Positions 18,616 to 26,843 of a DNA stretch of 49,519 nt are shown here, in pieces. This DNA is from Candidatus Micrarchaeota archaeon (lineage in GTDB: Archaea; Micrarchaeota; Micrarchaeia; Micrarchaeales; CABMGC01): contig JAGWGY010000002.1 in NCBI GenBank assembly GCA_028867115.1, positions 1 through 49,519 of the forward strand, given 5' to 3'. A program made the translations under genes and the position numbers. The notes below the pieces were generated by a model. It was given only the letters and a program-made list of their open reading frames with translations, was not told the origin of the DNA and did not search any database. Every line of letters starts with the position of its first letter. Positions within the stretch are counted from its first letter, which is position 1.

Positions 18616-19935
18616 ATGCGTAGGAGAGTCATCATAATAGGGGCCGCAGGACGCGATTTCTTCAACTACCAGATGCTGTTCAAGGACAACAGCGATTATC
18701 AGGTTGTCGCTTTTACTGCCGCGCAGATACCGTACATAGAGAAGCGCACGTTTCCGAAAGAGCTTGCCGGCAGGCTGTACGCGCATGGGATACCGATATA
18801 CAGCGAGGCTAAGCTGGGCGAGCTGATAGACAGGCGCAACGTGGACATATGCGTCATGTCCTATAGCGACCTGCCAGATGTTGAGGTTATGCACAAGGGC
18901 AGCATCGCCAACGCCCACGGCGCGGATTTCTGGCTCGTCTCCCCAAAGCACACGATGCTTAAGTCGCGCAAACCCGTGATCGCGGTATGCGCTGTAAGGA
19001 CGGGGAGCGGGAAGAGCCAGGTTTCAAGGTACGTGTCAAACATTATCAAAAGCCAGAAGAAGGTGCCTGTTGCTATAAGGCACCCGATGCCTTATGGGGA
19101 CCTAAAGGAGGAGATTGTGGAGAGATTTGAGACTCTTGAGGACCTTGATAGGTACAAGACCACAATAGAGGAGCGGGAGGATTATGAGCCGCACATACGC
19201 AACAACACAGTGGTTTATGCAGGAGTCGACTATGAGAGGATCCTGAGGCAAGCTGAGAAGGAGGCTGATGTGATAGTATGGGACGGAGGGAACAATGATG
19301 TTAGCTTCGTTAAGCCAGACATACTGATAACCGTTGCTGACCCACTGCGAGGGGGCGACGAGCTTGGTTACTACCCTGGGGAGACCGCCGCCAGATTAGC
19401 AGACATACTGATAATAAACAAGGTCAACTCGGCGACAAAGGCGGAAGTGGGCAAGGTGAGGGAGGATCTGAAGAGCATAAACCCGAAAGCGAAGATAGTT
19501 TTGGCAAATTCAATCATAAGCGTGGACAACCCAAAAATGATCAAGGGGAAGCGGGCTCTTGTTATCGAGGACGGCCCGACGGTCACCCACGGCGGGATGA
19601 AGTTTGGCGCTGCCACTGTCGCAGCAAGGCAGTACGGCGCGCGTGAGGTTATCGACCCGCGCCCATATGCTGTCGGCGAGATAAAGAAGGCGTATGAGAA
19701 GTATCCCCATATGAAAAAGATACTGCCTGCCTTAGGATATGGGAGGAAAGAGATCGCAGACCTCAACAGGACGATAAACAGGGCAAGGTGCGATGTCATC
19801 ATTTCGGCGACCCCCACCGAGCTGCGGAACATACTGAAGGTCAACAAACCCATAGTTAACGTGAGGTATGAGCTTGAGGAGATAGGTAACACTCTGACAG
19901 ATACCATTATTAATTTTATACGGCAAAAGAAGTAG
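18616..19935 (+). CDS. COG2403-type P-loop protein (family often annotated cyclic 2,3-diphosphoglycerate synthetase / predicted GTPase)
   Basis: About 439 aa from ATG 18616. GAAGRDFFNYQ, VVAFTAAQIPYIE, P-loop VRTGSGKSQVS and IRHPMPYGDL match my memory of this conserved family. The function assignment is weak. Confidence 0.55.
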   Translation: MRRRVIIIGAAGRDFFNYQMLFKDNSDYQVVAFTAAQIPYIEKRTFPKELAGRLYAHGIPIYSEAKLGELIDRRNVDICVMSYSDLPDVEVMHKGSIANAHGADFWLVSPKHTMLKSRKPVIAVCAVRTGSGKSQVSRYVSNIIKSQKKVPVAIRHPMPYGDLKEEIVERFETLEDLDRYKTTIEEREDYEPHIRNNTVVYAGVDYERILRQAEKEADVIVWDGGNNDVSFVKPDILITVADPLRGGDELGYYPGETAARLADILIINKVNSATKAEVGKVREDLKSINPKAKIVLANSIISVDNPKMIKGKRALVIEDGPTVTHGGMKFGAATVAARQYGAREVIDPRPYAVGEIKKAYEKYPHMKKILPALGYGRKEIADLNRTINRARCDVIISATPTELRNILKVNKPIVNVRYELEEIGNTLTDTIINFIRQKK

Positions 19936-19945
19936 TGCTATTCCT

Positions 19946-20020
19946 GGGCTCGTAACTCAGTTTGGTCAGAGTGGCTGGCTCTTAACCAGCAAGCCAGGGG
20001 TTCAAATCCCCTCGAGCCCA
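19946..20020 (+). tRNA. tRNA-Lys (anticodon CTT)
   Basis: Hand-folded 75-nt cloverleaf. Acceptor GGGCTCG/CGAGCCC, D stem ACTC/GAGT, anticodon stem GCTGG/CCAGC with loop CTCTTAA, T arm AGGGG-TTCAAAT-CCCCT, discriminator A. Confidence 0.9.
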
Positions 20021-20202
20021 TCTTTACAAAATAACAGATTTTTGCCAATAATTTGCTAAAATAAAACGTTTTAAATAGGACAAGCTGCATATTTTAGTAG
20101 TGGTACAATGCGCTGGATGGGTGCGTATTTACGAGGGAAAATAGAAGAAGGTTTAAATATGAAAACAGCCATAATTCCTATTTATCTAATCCTGTGATTC
20201 TT

Positions 20203-20940
20203 ATGAAAAACAACAAAAAGGCGACAAAAAATGCAAAAAAGGCAGCACATGCGGCTAGGAAGAGCCCTGTGAGGAGGGCCCCGAAGGCAAAGAGGGCGCC
20301 CGGAAAGGCAGTAGCGCCGCGCGCTAGGATAATTAAGGCAATAAAGAAGGCGGCAAGGACGTCTAGGCCTGCTGATGGCATCAAGGCACCTGCCGAGAAG
20401 AAGGAGAAGGCGGCGCCGGACTTTAGGTTCATGAACATGGCGGATGAGGCGCTTATAGAATCTGTTATCGGAGACGATCATTTCAACAATCACATATCCA
20501 GGAGCGTCGGCAAGAGGGCAAGGGAGATAATACAGCTGCTCGCAACCCCGCAGACAGACGATGCGATCGCCGAGAAGCTTGAGATAAAGATCAACGAGGT
20601 GCGCAGGATGCTCAACACCTTAAACACTTTCGGCGTCACAAGGTACAACGTCAACAAGGACAGCAAGGGATGGCTGACGTTCAAGTGGTACATTGACGCA
20701 AACAAGCTCACAGAGCTAAAGAACGACATAATGGTCAGGAGCGTAGATGCGGGTTACAAGATACCTGAAGGCTGCAACGACTTCTTCATCTGCAACAAGT
20801 GCTACGTCGAGCAGAAGACGATCTTCCCGTTCGAGACCGCATTTGAGATGAGCTTCAAGTGCGACTGCGGAAGCACGATGAAGCAGGTCAACAAGATGGA
20901 GGTAGAGCAGCTCATCGTCCAGGAAGGCAAGATAATGTGA
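20203..20940 (+). CDS. tfe: Transcription factor E (TFE alpha) with a roughly 75-aa Lys/Ala/Arg-rich N-terminal extension
   Basis: The C-terminal 165-170 aa look like archaeal TFE: a winged helix (RAREIIQLL...EKLEIKINEVRRMLNTLNTFGV) and a Zn ribbon (CNKC...CDCG). The ORF is open from GTG 20194 / ATG 20203. Internal ATGs at 20431/20437 would give a canonical-size protein. Confidence 0.75.
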   Translation: MKNNKKATKNAKKAAHAARKSPVRRAPKAKRAPGKAVAPRARIIKAIKKAARTSRPADGIKAPAEKKEKAAPDFRFMNMADEALIESVIGDDHFNNHISRSVGKRAREIIQLLATPQTDDAIAEKLEIKINEVRRMLNTLNTFGVTRYNVNKDSKGWLTFKWYIDANKLTELKNDIMVRSVDAGYKIPEGCNDFFICNKCYVEQKTIFPFETAFEMSFKCDCGSTMKQVNKMEVEQLIVQEGKIM

Positions 20941-21215
20941 TCTTCAGGCGAAAGAAAAGTTCGGTTACGGTTCAGGAAGAGCGCCCTAAATCCCTCTCTG
21001 AACGGATGGATAAGCCCAGGGAGGACGTCAAGTTCGGTCCGCTCACTTTTGAAGGGCTTCCTAAGTTCATAGAATACTACAATCCTGGTTTGGGATGGAC
21101 GATTGGCGCCACGTTGTCAGTAACGCCGCGGGAGCTTGCAATGACAATAGACTTGATTGATGAGCGCTCTGGAAGGTCAAGGGAGAAGAAGTTCATTGAT
21201 ATTAGGCGGCTTTAG
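20937..21215 (+). CDS. Hypothetical small protein, possibly translationally coupled to tfe
   Basis: GTG at 20937 overlaps the tfe stop (GTGA). An alternative ATG is at 21006. No family recognised. The upstream part of the track ORF (from 20859) lies inside tfe. Confidence 0.3.
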   Translation: MIFRRKKSSVTVQEERPKSLSERMDKPREDVKFGPLTFEGLPKFIEYYNPGLGWTIGATLSVTPRELAMTIDLIDERSGRSREKKFIDIRRL

Positions 21216-21254
21216 CAAGACTATTATAACCTAGTTCTCAAATATAGATTTCAT

Positions 21255-21329
21255 AGCGAGGTAGGGTAGCCTGGAGTGCCCGCCGGGCTCATAACCCGGA
21301 GATCGGTGGTCCAAATCCACCCCTCGCTA
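21255..21329 (+). tRNA. Initiator tRNA-Met (anticodon CAT)
   Basis: Hand-folded 75-nt cloverleaf. It has an A1:T72 terminal pair. The anticodon stem CCGGG/CCCGG gives three consecutive G:C pairs next to loop CTCATAA. Both features are archaeal initiator hallmarks. Confidence 0.85.
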
Positions 21330-21484
21330 TACAACACCCTACACCCCATTCTTCCACTAATCGCTCGCCTTTATATAATTAGTATAATATAAATCATCAA
21401 CAATTCCATATCTTTGGTTTTACAGGAGTAAACTATTACTGGAACTGGGGGGTTCGGGGTTGTTTTTGGTTTCTGTGGTGCGCT

Positions 21485-21952
21485 ATGGAAGTATCTGTCG
21501 AGCAGCTTTTCAACATGTTGCAAGCCGAAAAAAAAACAGGCGAGATAATACCATTGCCTGCGAACTTTTACAAAAAAGCAGGGGCAGAGGCAGACTCGCT
21601 TGAAAAATCGTCGCCCGATCCCCAGCACCCGACAAACTTCAGGAAGCTCCTGTCATCAATAAAAGAGCGCAGGACACAGAAGCTATTAATATACTTGGCT
21701 TACAATAAACAATTACCGGGCCAGATGCCAGATGAAGAGGAGCAGCTTTTCAAAAGCATAAGGTCTCTGATAAACGGCGGCCTTGGCGAAATCGCAAGGA
21801 CAAAGAAGGTGCGGATATCCGCGGATATTCCCGAGCTGATTATGCCAAACGGCGGCAAGACCGGCCCGTACAAACAGAATCAGGTCGTGGAATTCGCAGA
21901 AGACTATGAGGCAGATTTCCTACTAAGCAACAAACTCGGAGAAAAAGTTTAG
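21485..21952 (+). CDS. GINS subunit-like protein (Gins51-type)
   Basis: 155 aa. The N-terminal helical part (LPANFYKKA..., ERRTQKLLIYLAY) and a C-terminal small beta domain (VRISADIPELIMPNGGKTGPYKQNQVVEF..DFLLSNKLGE) follow the pattern I associate with archaeal GINS. Remote similarity only. Confidence 0.5.
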   Translation: MEVSVEQLFNMLQAEKKTGEIIPLPANFYKKAGAEADSLEKSSPDPQHPTNFRKLLSSIKERRTQKLLIYLAYNKQLPGQMPDEEEQLFKSIRSLINGGLGEIARTKKVRISADIPELIMPNGGKTGPYKQNQVVEFAEDYEADFLLSNKLGEKV

Positions 21953-21960
21953 GTGAAAAG

Positions 21961-22254
21961 ATGAAGATACAAAAAGACATCAACACATACTGTCCCTACT
22001 GCAACAAGCACACCCCGCACGTGGTAAAGACGGTGCTTTCCGCAAAGCCGGTCAACCCTTCAAGAGGGCTGAGCGTGAACATACGCAGGTTCGAGCGCAA
22101 GCACAGGGGTTACATCGGAAAGGTCAAGGGTAAGACTCCGAAGAAGAAGCTATCCCAGAGGCAGAAGATAATACTTGAGTGCAACACCTGCCACAAGAAG
22201 ATAGAGCGTGTCATGGGGAACAGGACGAAGAAGAAGCTTGAGATCAAGCGCTGA
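21961..22254 (+). CDS. rpl44e: Ribosomal protein L44e (eL42)
   Basis: 97 aa. Zn-ribbon CPYCNKHTPH...CNTCHKK with a basic composition. An AGGTGA Shine-Dalgarno-like sequence sits just upstream. Confidence 0.9.
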   Translation: MKIQKDINTYCPYCNKHTPHVVKTVLSAKPVNPSRGLSVNIRRFERKHRGYIGKVKGKTPKKKLSQRQKIILECNTCHKKIERVMGNRTKKKLEIKR

Positions 22255-22259
22255 TCCAA

Positions 22260-23018
22260 ATGATTGTCAAAAAAGAGATGCCCGAAGTCGGCGAACTTGT
22301 CCTAATGAGGATAAAGAAGGTGATGCCCTTCGGAGCATACTGCGAGCTAGTTGAGTACAACCACGACGCCTACCTCCCGATAAAGGAGGTCGCATCCGGA
22401 TGGATAAAGAACATCCACGAATTCCTAAAGGAGGGCCAGAAGGGAGTGGTCAAGGTAGTGTACATCGACCGGGACAAGCGCGCGATCGACGTATCCTTAA
22501 AGAAGGTCACAAAGAAGGAGGAGAAGGACAAGATAAACGATTTCAACCTCGAGAAGAGGGCGGAGAACTTCTATTCACAGGCGCTAGACGCATCAGGGCT
22601 CAAGGAGAAGAACGCAGAGGTGCAATCAGAGCTTTCAAAGAAGTTCATGACATACAGCGACCTGATCAACCTGTTTGCAGAAGGGAAGGAGCCGACAGGC
22701 GTGAAGCTGAGCCAGAAGTTCATAGACGCGATGAAGGAGATAGTCGCAAAGAACATCAAGCCAAAGGTGTATATCGTCTCCTATGTGGCGGAGGTGACGA
22801 CCTACGATACCAAGAAGGGGATTGCGATGATAAAGAAGGCGTTCAGCGAGGTCGAGAAGCTCGGGGTGCAGGTAAACTACCTAGGCGCGCCGAGGTACAG
22901 GATGATGTCCGAGGACTCGAGCTACCCAAAGGCTGAGGAGAGGATAAAGCAGGCGACAGTGATACTGGAGAAGGGAATAGCAAACAGCACGATTAACCTA
23001 AAGAAGGACAAGGTCTAA
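22260..23018 (+). CDS. eif2a: Translation initiation factor 2 subunit alpha (aIF2-alpha)
   Basis: 252 aa. N-terminal S1 domain (PEVGELVLMRIKKVMPFGAYCELVEY..DAYLPIKEVASGWIKNI), then helical and alpha-beta domains. Confidence 0.9.
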   Translation: MIVKKEMPEVGELVLMRIKKVMPFGAYCELVEYNHDAYLPIKEVASGWIKNIHEFLKEGQKGVVKVVYIDRDKRAIDVSLKKVTKKEEKDKINDFNLEKRAENFYSQALDASGLKEKNAEVQSELSKKFMTYSDLINLFAEGKEPTGVKLSQKFIDAMKEIVAKNIKPKVYIVSYVAEVTTYDTKKGIAMIKKAFSEVEKLGVQVNYLGAPRYRMMSEDSSYPKAEERIKQATVILEKGIANSTINLKKDKV

Positions 23019-23788
23019 TGGACGGCACAAAGATATACTACAAAAAGTCGCTCAAGCCAAGGAACCCGATACTGATCGTCGGCCTGCCAGGAATAGGCAA
23101 CGTCGGGAGCCTGGTAGGAGAGCACCTCAGGACCGAGCTGAAGGCAAAGAAGTACGCAACGCTCTACTCTGCGCACTTCCCCCACCAGGTGATAATGCAG
23201 AAGTCCGGCGGCATAAGGCTTGTCAGCAACAGGTTCTATCTCTGGAAGAACCCCTCAAAGGTCAAGGGCGCAAGGGACATAATGATCCTCATCGGCGATT
23301 TCCAGGCGCTCTCATCAGAGGGGCAGTACGATGTGAACGAGAAGGTCGTCGAATTCTACAAAAAGAACGGGGGCAGCATGATATACACCATCGGAGGGTA
23401 CAACTCAAGCAACCAATATGTCCAGAACCCAAGGGTTTTTGCGGTCACGACAGACAGGTCGCTAATCGAGAGGCTAAAGTCAAACGGCGTGATCTTCGGC
23501 CAGGCTGCAGGGATGATCTGGGGATCTGCCGGCCTGATACTTGCGTTTGCAAAGAAGCACAAGATCCCCTCAGCATGCATAATGGGGGAGACAGGGATGC
23601 TAGAGGTAGATGCACATGCAGCAAAGGCGGTCCTAGAGGTAATAAACAAGCAGATGGGGCTCAAGCTGAACCTTGAAAACCTTGACAAGATAAGCCGCGA
23701 GACGGAGAAGATGGTCAAGGCGATGGAGGAGGCGGTAAAGAAGGAGCAGCAGGGGCCGGGGCACGAGAACCTCTCATACATCAGATAG
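23018..23788 (+). CDS. PAC2-family proteasome assembly chaperone-like protein
   Basis: 256 aa. N-terminal PILIVGLPGIGNVGSLVGEHL is typical of the PAC2 / ATP-grasp-like family. It occupies the usual position downstream of aIF2-alpha. Confidence 0.7.
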   Translation: MDGTKIYYKKSLKPRNPILIVGLPGIGNVGSLVGEHLRTELKAKKYATLYSAHFPHQVIMQKSGGIRLVSNRFYLWKNPSKVKGARDIMILIGDFQALSSEGQYDVNEKVVEFYKKNGGSMIYTIGGYNSSNQYVQNPRVFAVTTDRSLIERLKSNGVIFGQAAGMIWGSAGLILAFAKKHKIPSACIMGETGMLEVDAHAAKAVLEVINKQMGLKLNLENLDKISRETEKMVKAMEEAVKKEQQGPGHENLSYIR

Positions 23789-23821
23789 CCCTTATTAAAA
23801 TTCCCCTCCAAATAAATCCGT

Positions 23822-23897
23822 GCGAGTATAGTCTAGCCTGGTAGGACGCTGGCTTCCCAAGCCAGCAACCCGGGTTCAAATCCCGGTGCTCGCACCA
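23822..23897 (+). tRNA. tRNA-Gly (anticodon CCC), with genomically encoded CCA
   Basis: Hand-folded. Acceptor GCGAGTA/TGCTCGC (one G:T), anticodon stem CTGGC/GCCAG with loop TTCCCAA, T arm CCGGG-TTCAAAT-CCCGG, discriminator A at 23894, then CCA. Confidence 0.9.
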
Positions 23898-23992
23898 TTT
23901 TCTAATGTCTCAAAATCACAAACATCGGCGGCAAAAACGATTAATGAGGCACCTTTTTAAAGAGGGAAAATCGAATTTTAGTCAGTGTAATC

Positions 23993-24235
23993 ATGGGAGA
24001 CAAAACCGTTGTGCTGCAATATGGGGACACCCCGAAACAGACTCTTGATCGGTGCATCAGGGTCGCAATGAGGCTTTCTGACATGGGGCTCCCGATAACA
24101 GACTTTACAAGCATCGTAAGGCTCGAGGGGAGCAGGATAATGATCCCAAAGCAGGCAGACGATTCAGACAAGATACTGGCAAGCGCTTGCGAGCTTGCAT
24201 TCCATAACGACAACATGCTCCAAAAACTATCGTGA
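23993..24235 (+). CDS. Hypothetical small protein
   Basis: 80-aa ORF. I prefer it to the overlapping 159-aa minus-strand ORF because of its globular-looking composition and its tight coupling to the next plus-strand ORF. Confidence 0.4.
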   Translation: MGDKTVVLQYGDTPKQTLDRCIRVAMRLSDMGLPITDFTSIVRLEGSRIMIPKQADDSDKILASACELAFHNDNMLQKLS

Positions 24236-24240
24236 TTTGC

Positions 24241-24594
24241 ATGGCTAGAGAAAAACTTAGGAATTATCCGGATCTTGAGGCGGCAGTAGAGGGAGCCGTA
24301 GCAAAGCTGAACAATGACGGAATCAAAATCACAAAGGAGGAGTTTGAAAAGAAGATCGAGGTGAGCGTGCGTGATGACGGCTTCAAGCTTGTCACATTCA
24401 AATACGTCTTCTTTGACCACAAGGACAAGGAGCTCTCAGACAAGTGCAAGGCCTATTTCGAAAAGGAGAGGGACCTGGTGCTAAAGCAGGCCATGCGCAA
24501 CGTGCTGAAGGCGTGTGCCGAAATCGAGGAGATACAGAGGCACATGAGCGGAGAAACGGCCCCGCAGCAATCTGCGGTCGTCATCGATGTCTGA
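24241..24594 (+). CDS. Hypothetical protein
   Basis: ATG at 24241 (the track starts at GTG 24232, which overlaps the upstream TGA). About 117 aa with a mixed alpha/beta-looking sequence. No family recognised. Confidence 0.45.
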   Translation: MAREKLRNYPDLEAAVEGAVAKLNNDGIKITKEEFEKKIEVSVRDDGFKLVTFKYVFFDHKDKELSDKCKAYFEKERDLVLKQAMRNVLKACAEIEEIQRHMSGETAPQQSAVVIDV

Positions 24595-24600
24595 GCAGCA

Positions 24601-25284
24601 TTAAAGTATGAGCAGAAGCGGCATGCTGATGAGCCACCCTATAAAGGAGCATGCGAAATTGGACGTGAACTTGTTCCCTATCCCCATCTCCTCGAAATAG
24701 CCGAATACCGTGTCAGTTATGTTCCCTGCAAGCCCTGATACGATCACTACAACCAGAAGTATGCCGTAGTTTAGGCCGCCAAGCGTACCGATCACAGAGA
24801 GAAGTGTGGAGCCGATTATCAACGATCCCAGCAGCCCTGCGCCCACACCTGCAGCCGTTACAGCTCCAGAGGTGCCCCTCCTCACCATCTTCATGGTTAG
24901 GAGCATCATCGGCCTGCCCGCAAGCACCCCCAGCTCGCTTGAGAACTTGTCTGCAGTTATCGCAGCTACGCTTGCGACATAGGATATCACTATGAAGTTC
25001 GCAGGCACTATCCCTGCGCCAGAGTTGAGGTAGTAGAAGCCTGCAATAAGCACCGGCATCGCCCCGTTTGCCACCACGTTTCTCCAGCTCCTGTACTTCT
25101 GGTACACTCCTATCGCCATCTTCCTATGCCTTCCTACCCAGGTAACAAGGCCGGATAGCACCAAGAAGAGAAGTATCACTCCAAGGAAGTACGGGCCCAT
25201 ACCCTGCCCCAGGGCCAAAATCAGCACTCCTACGACGATAGCGGCAGCCACCCCTTTTGCGTCAAGTGTTAGGAAATCTAGCAT
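24601..25284 (-). CDS. DUF92/TMEM19-like integral membrane protein
   Basis: 227 aa with about 6-7 TM helices. The Gly-rich segment RRGTSGAVTAAGVGAGLLGS resembles the conserved DUF92 (TIGR00297) motif. Confidence 0.55.
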   Translation of the reverse strand: MLDFLTLDAKGVAAAIVVGVLILALGQGMGPYFLGVILLFLVLSGLVTWVGRHRKMAIGVYQKYRSWRNVVANGAMPVLIAGFYYLNSGAGIVPANFIVISYVASVAAITADKFSSELGVLAGRPMMLLTMKMVRRGTSGAVTAAGVGAGLLGSLIIGSTLLSVIGTLGGLNYGILLVVVIVSGLAGNITDTVFGYFEEMGIGNKFTSNFACSFIGWLISMPLLLIL

Positions 25285-25490
25285 AATTATCTTCCAATTC
25301 TATGAAATATTCCACTAATTACAAAGATTTTTAAGCTTTAATATTGAGATAATATCACGGGTTCTCTACTGTAGGAAGGGTTAAACTGGTCGCCTTGCCA
25401 GTGCGTGCAAACGCATTGGCCTCTTCCTAATAATTCATCGCACACTGACATCTCTGCCCCTCAAAATTCCATAAGTGCAAGGTAGCTCTA

Positions 25491-25500
25491 GCTATATAAC
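25491..25500 (+). promoter_or_regulatory. TATA-like box for the 25523 ORF
   Basis: gctatataac lies 24-32 nt upstream of ATG 25523, consistent with a leaderless transcript. Confidence 0.35.
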
Positions 25501-25522
25501 CCTTGCGCCGCCCTATCCTACC

Positions 25523-25822
25523 ATGCGCTTTAAACATTCCCTAAGGCTGATGCTGGATCCAAGGGCGTTGGAGGCAGAGCAGGACCGCAGGATCGCAAGG
25601 GAGTTTGCATGGAAGGTGGCAATTGACGCATGCGACGACCGCATCCCAGATGACATACTGAAAGATGAGGTGGAGAGGGCGCTCTCAGACAAAGGGATAT
25701 TCCAACCAAACGACGGAAGGTACCTGGCGGCGCTCAAGAGCGCGCTGATTGACATAATGCCTGGAATAGACTGGAGCTTCAGGCAAAAGCCAGGGGTCCT
25801 GGAGGGCGCAAAGAGGCGCTGA
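25523..25822 (+). CDS. Hypothetical protein
   Basis: The track ORF starts at 25475. An internal ATG at 25523 fits the TATA spacing. About 99 aa, helical-looking. No family recognised. Confidence 0.4.
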   Translation: MRFKHSLRLMLDPRALEAEQDRRIAREFAWKVAIDACDDRIPDDILKDEVERALSDKGIFQPNDGRYLAALKSALIDIMPGIDWSFRQKPGVLEGAKRR

Positions 25823-25890
25823 ATGGAGTTTGCGGAAGGTTTAATATTCCTATAATCCTAATATTACTAGACTAATTTTGGGGGGCGAAA

Positions 25891-26841
25891 ATGGCAAAAG
25901 AGAAGGGAGTAAAGGAGATCGAGGACCTTCCGGGAGTCGGGCCAACAACAGCCCAGAAGCTGCGCGATGCTGGCTTTGACACTCTTGACAAGGTTGCAAC
26001 CGCACTGGCAGGCGCTCTCTCTGAGGCAAGCGGGCTGAGCGCCGATGCCGCAAAGAAGGCAATCGACGCTGCCAGGGAGGCAACAACGCTTGAGTTCGAG
26101 ACCGGCACCCATGCTGCTGAGAGGAGGAAGGGGTTAGGGAGAATCACTACGGGAGCAAAGGATTTTGACGAGCTGCTCGGCGGCGGAGTTGAGGCGCAGG
26201 GCATAACAGAGGCGTACGGCAGGTTCGCGGCAGGCAAGAGCCAGCTCGGGTTCGAGCTGAGCGTCAACGTGCAGAAGCCAGTAGGCAAGGGGGGCCTTGG
26301 CGGCGCGGTGCTATTCATAGACACTGAGGGAACGTTTAGGCCAGAGAGGATTGAGGCGATAGCAGAGGCAGAGGGGCTTGACCCAAAGGAGGTGCTTGCC
26401 AACATCTTCCTTGTCAGGGCGCTAAACACAGACCAGCAGATACTTGCAATAGAGCGCGCCGAGAAGCTTGTCAAGGAGAAGAACATCAGGCTGATAGTAG
26501 TCGACTCCATCACCTCGCTATTTCGGGCAGAGTTCCTTGGCAGGGGGATGCTAAACGAGAGGCAGCAGAAGCTAAACTCGCATGTCGACAAGCTCAAGAA
26601 GCTCGCAGAGCAGAACGATCTTGCCGTCTACATCACAAACCAGGTGATGGACAACCCCGGGATGCTGTTCGGGGACCCTACCACCCCGATAGGGGGAAAC
26701 ATACTCGCGCACGCAACAACAACAAGGCTCTACTTCAGGAAGGGCAAGGAGGAGAAGAGGATTGTCAAGCTGCTCGACTCTCCGGATAGGCCAGAAGGGG
26801 AGTGCGTGATAAAGATAACCCCAGAAGGGATTAAGGGCTAA
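25891..26841 (+). CDS. radA: DNA repair and recombination protein RadA
   Basis: 316 aa. N-terminal HhH (IEDLPGVGPTTAQKLRDAGF), Walker A GRFAAGKSQ and Walker B LIVVDS. Typical archaeal RadA length. Confidence 0.95.
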   Translation: MAKEKGVKEIEDLPGVGPTTAQKLRDAGFDTLDKVATALAGALSEASGLSADAAKKAIDAAREATTLEFETGTHAAERRKGLGRITTGAKDFDELLGGGVEAQGITEAYGRFAAGKSQLGFELSVNVQKPVGKGGLGGAVLFIDTEGTFRPERIEAIAEAEGLDPKEVLANIFLVRALNTDQQILAIERAEKLVKEKNIRLIVVDSITSLFRAEFLGRGMLNERQQKLNSHVDKLKKLAEQNDLAVYITNQVMDNPGMLFGDPTTPIGGNILAHATTTRLYFRKGKEEKRIVKLLDSPDRPEGECVIKITPEGIKG

Positions 26842-26843
26842 GT

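Noticed and set aside
20021-20193. AT-rich tRNA-flanking gaps (also 21330-21484, next to the GINS-like gene) as candidate replication origins
   Set aside because: There is no orc1/cdc6 gene in the window, and I could find no repeated ORB-like elements or long inverted repeats. The AT-richness is explained by promoter and TATA sequences.
20178-20493. Two minus-strand ORFs (86 and 103 aa) opposite the TFE N-terminal extension
   Set aside because: They are open only because the plus strand is a purine-rich Lys/Ala-coding tract. They have no start context or promoter, and they run into the tRNA-Lys/TFE promoter region.
22400-22936. 178-aa plus-strand ORF in an alternative frame of the aIF2-alpha gene
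   Set aside because: It is Arg/Glu/Gly-rich and low in complexity, produced by the purine-rich coding strand. The aIF2-alpha frame is unambiguous.
23941-24420. 159-aa minus-strand ORF competing with the two small plus-strand ORFs
   Set aside because: Its composition is hydrophobic and Cys-rich without TM periodicity, and it would lack a promoter. The plus-strand pair is tightly coupled and looks more protein-like. This choice remains uncertain.
25872-26597. 241-aa minus-strand ORF
   Set aside because: It is antisense to radA. It is Ser/Ala/Pro-rich and low in complexity, typical of the reverse frame of a GC3-rich gene.
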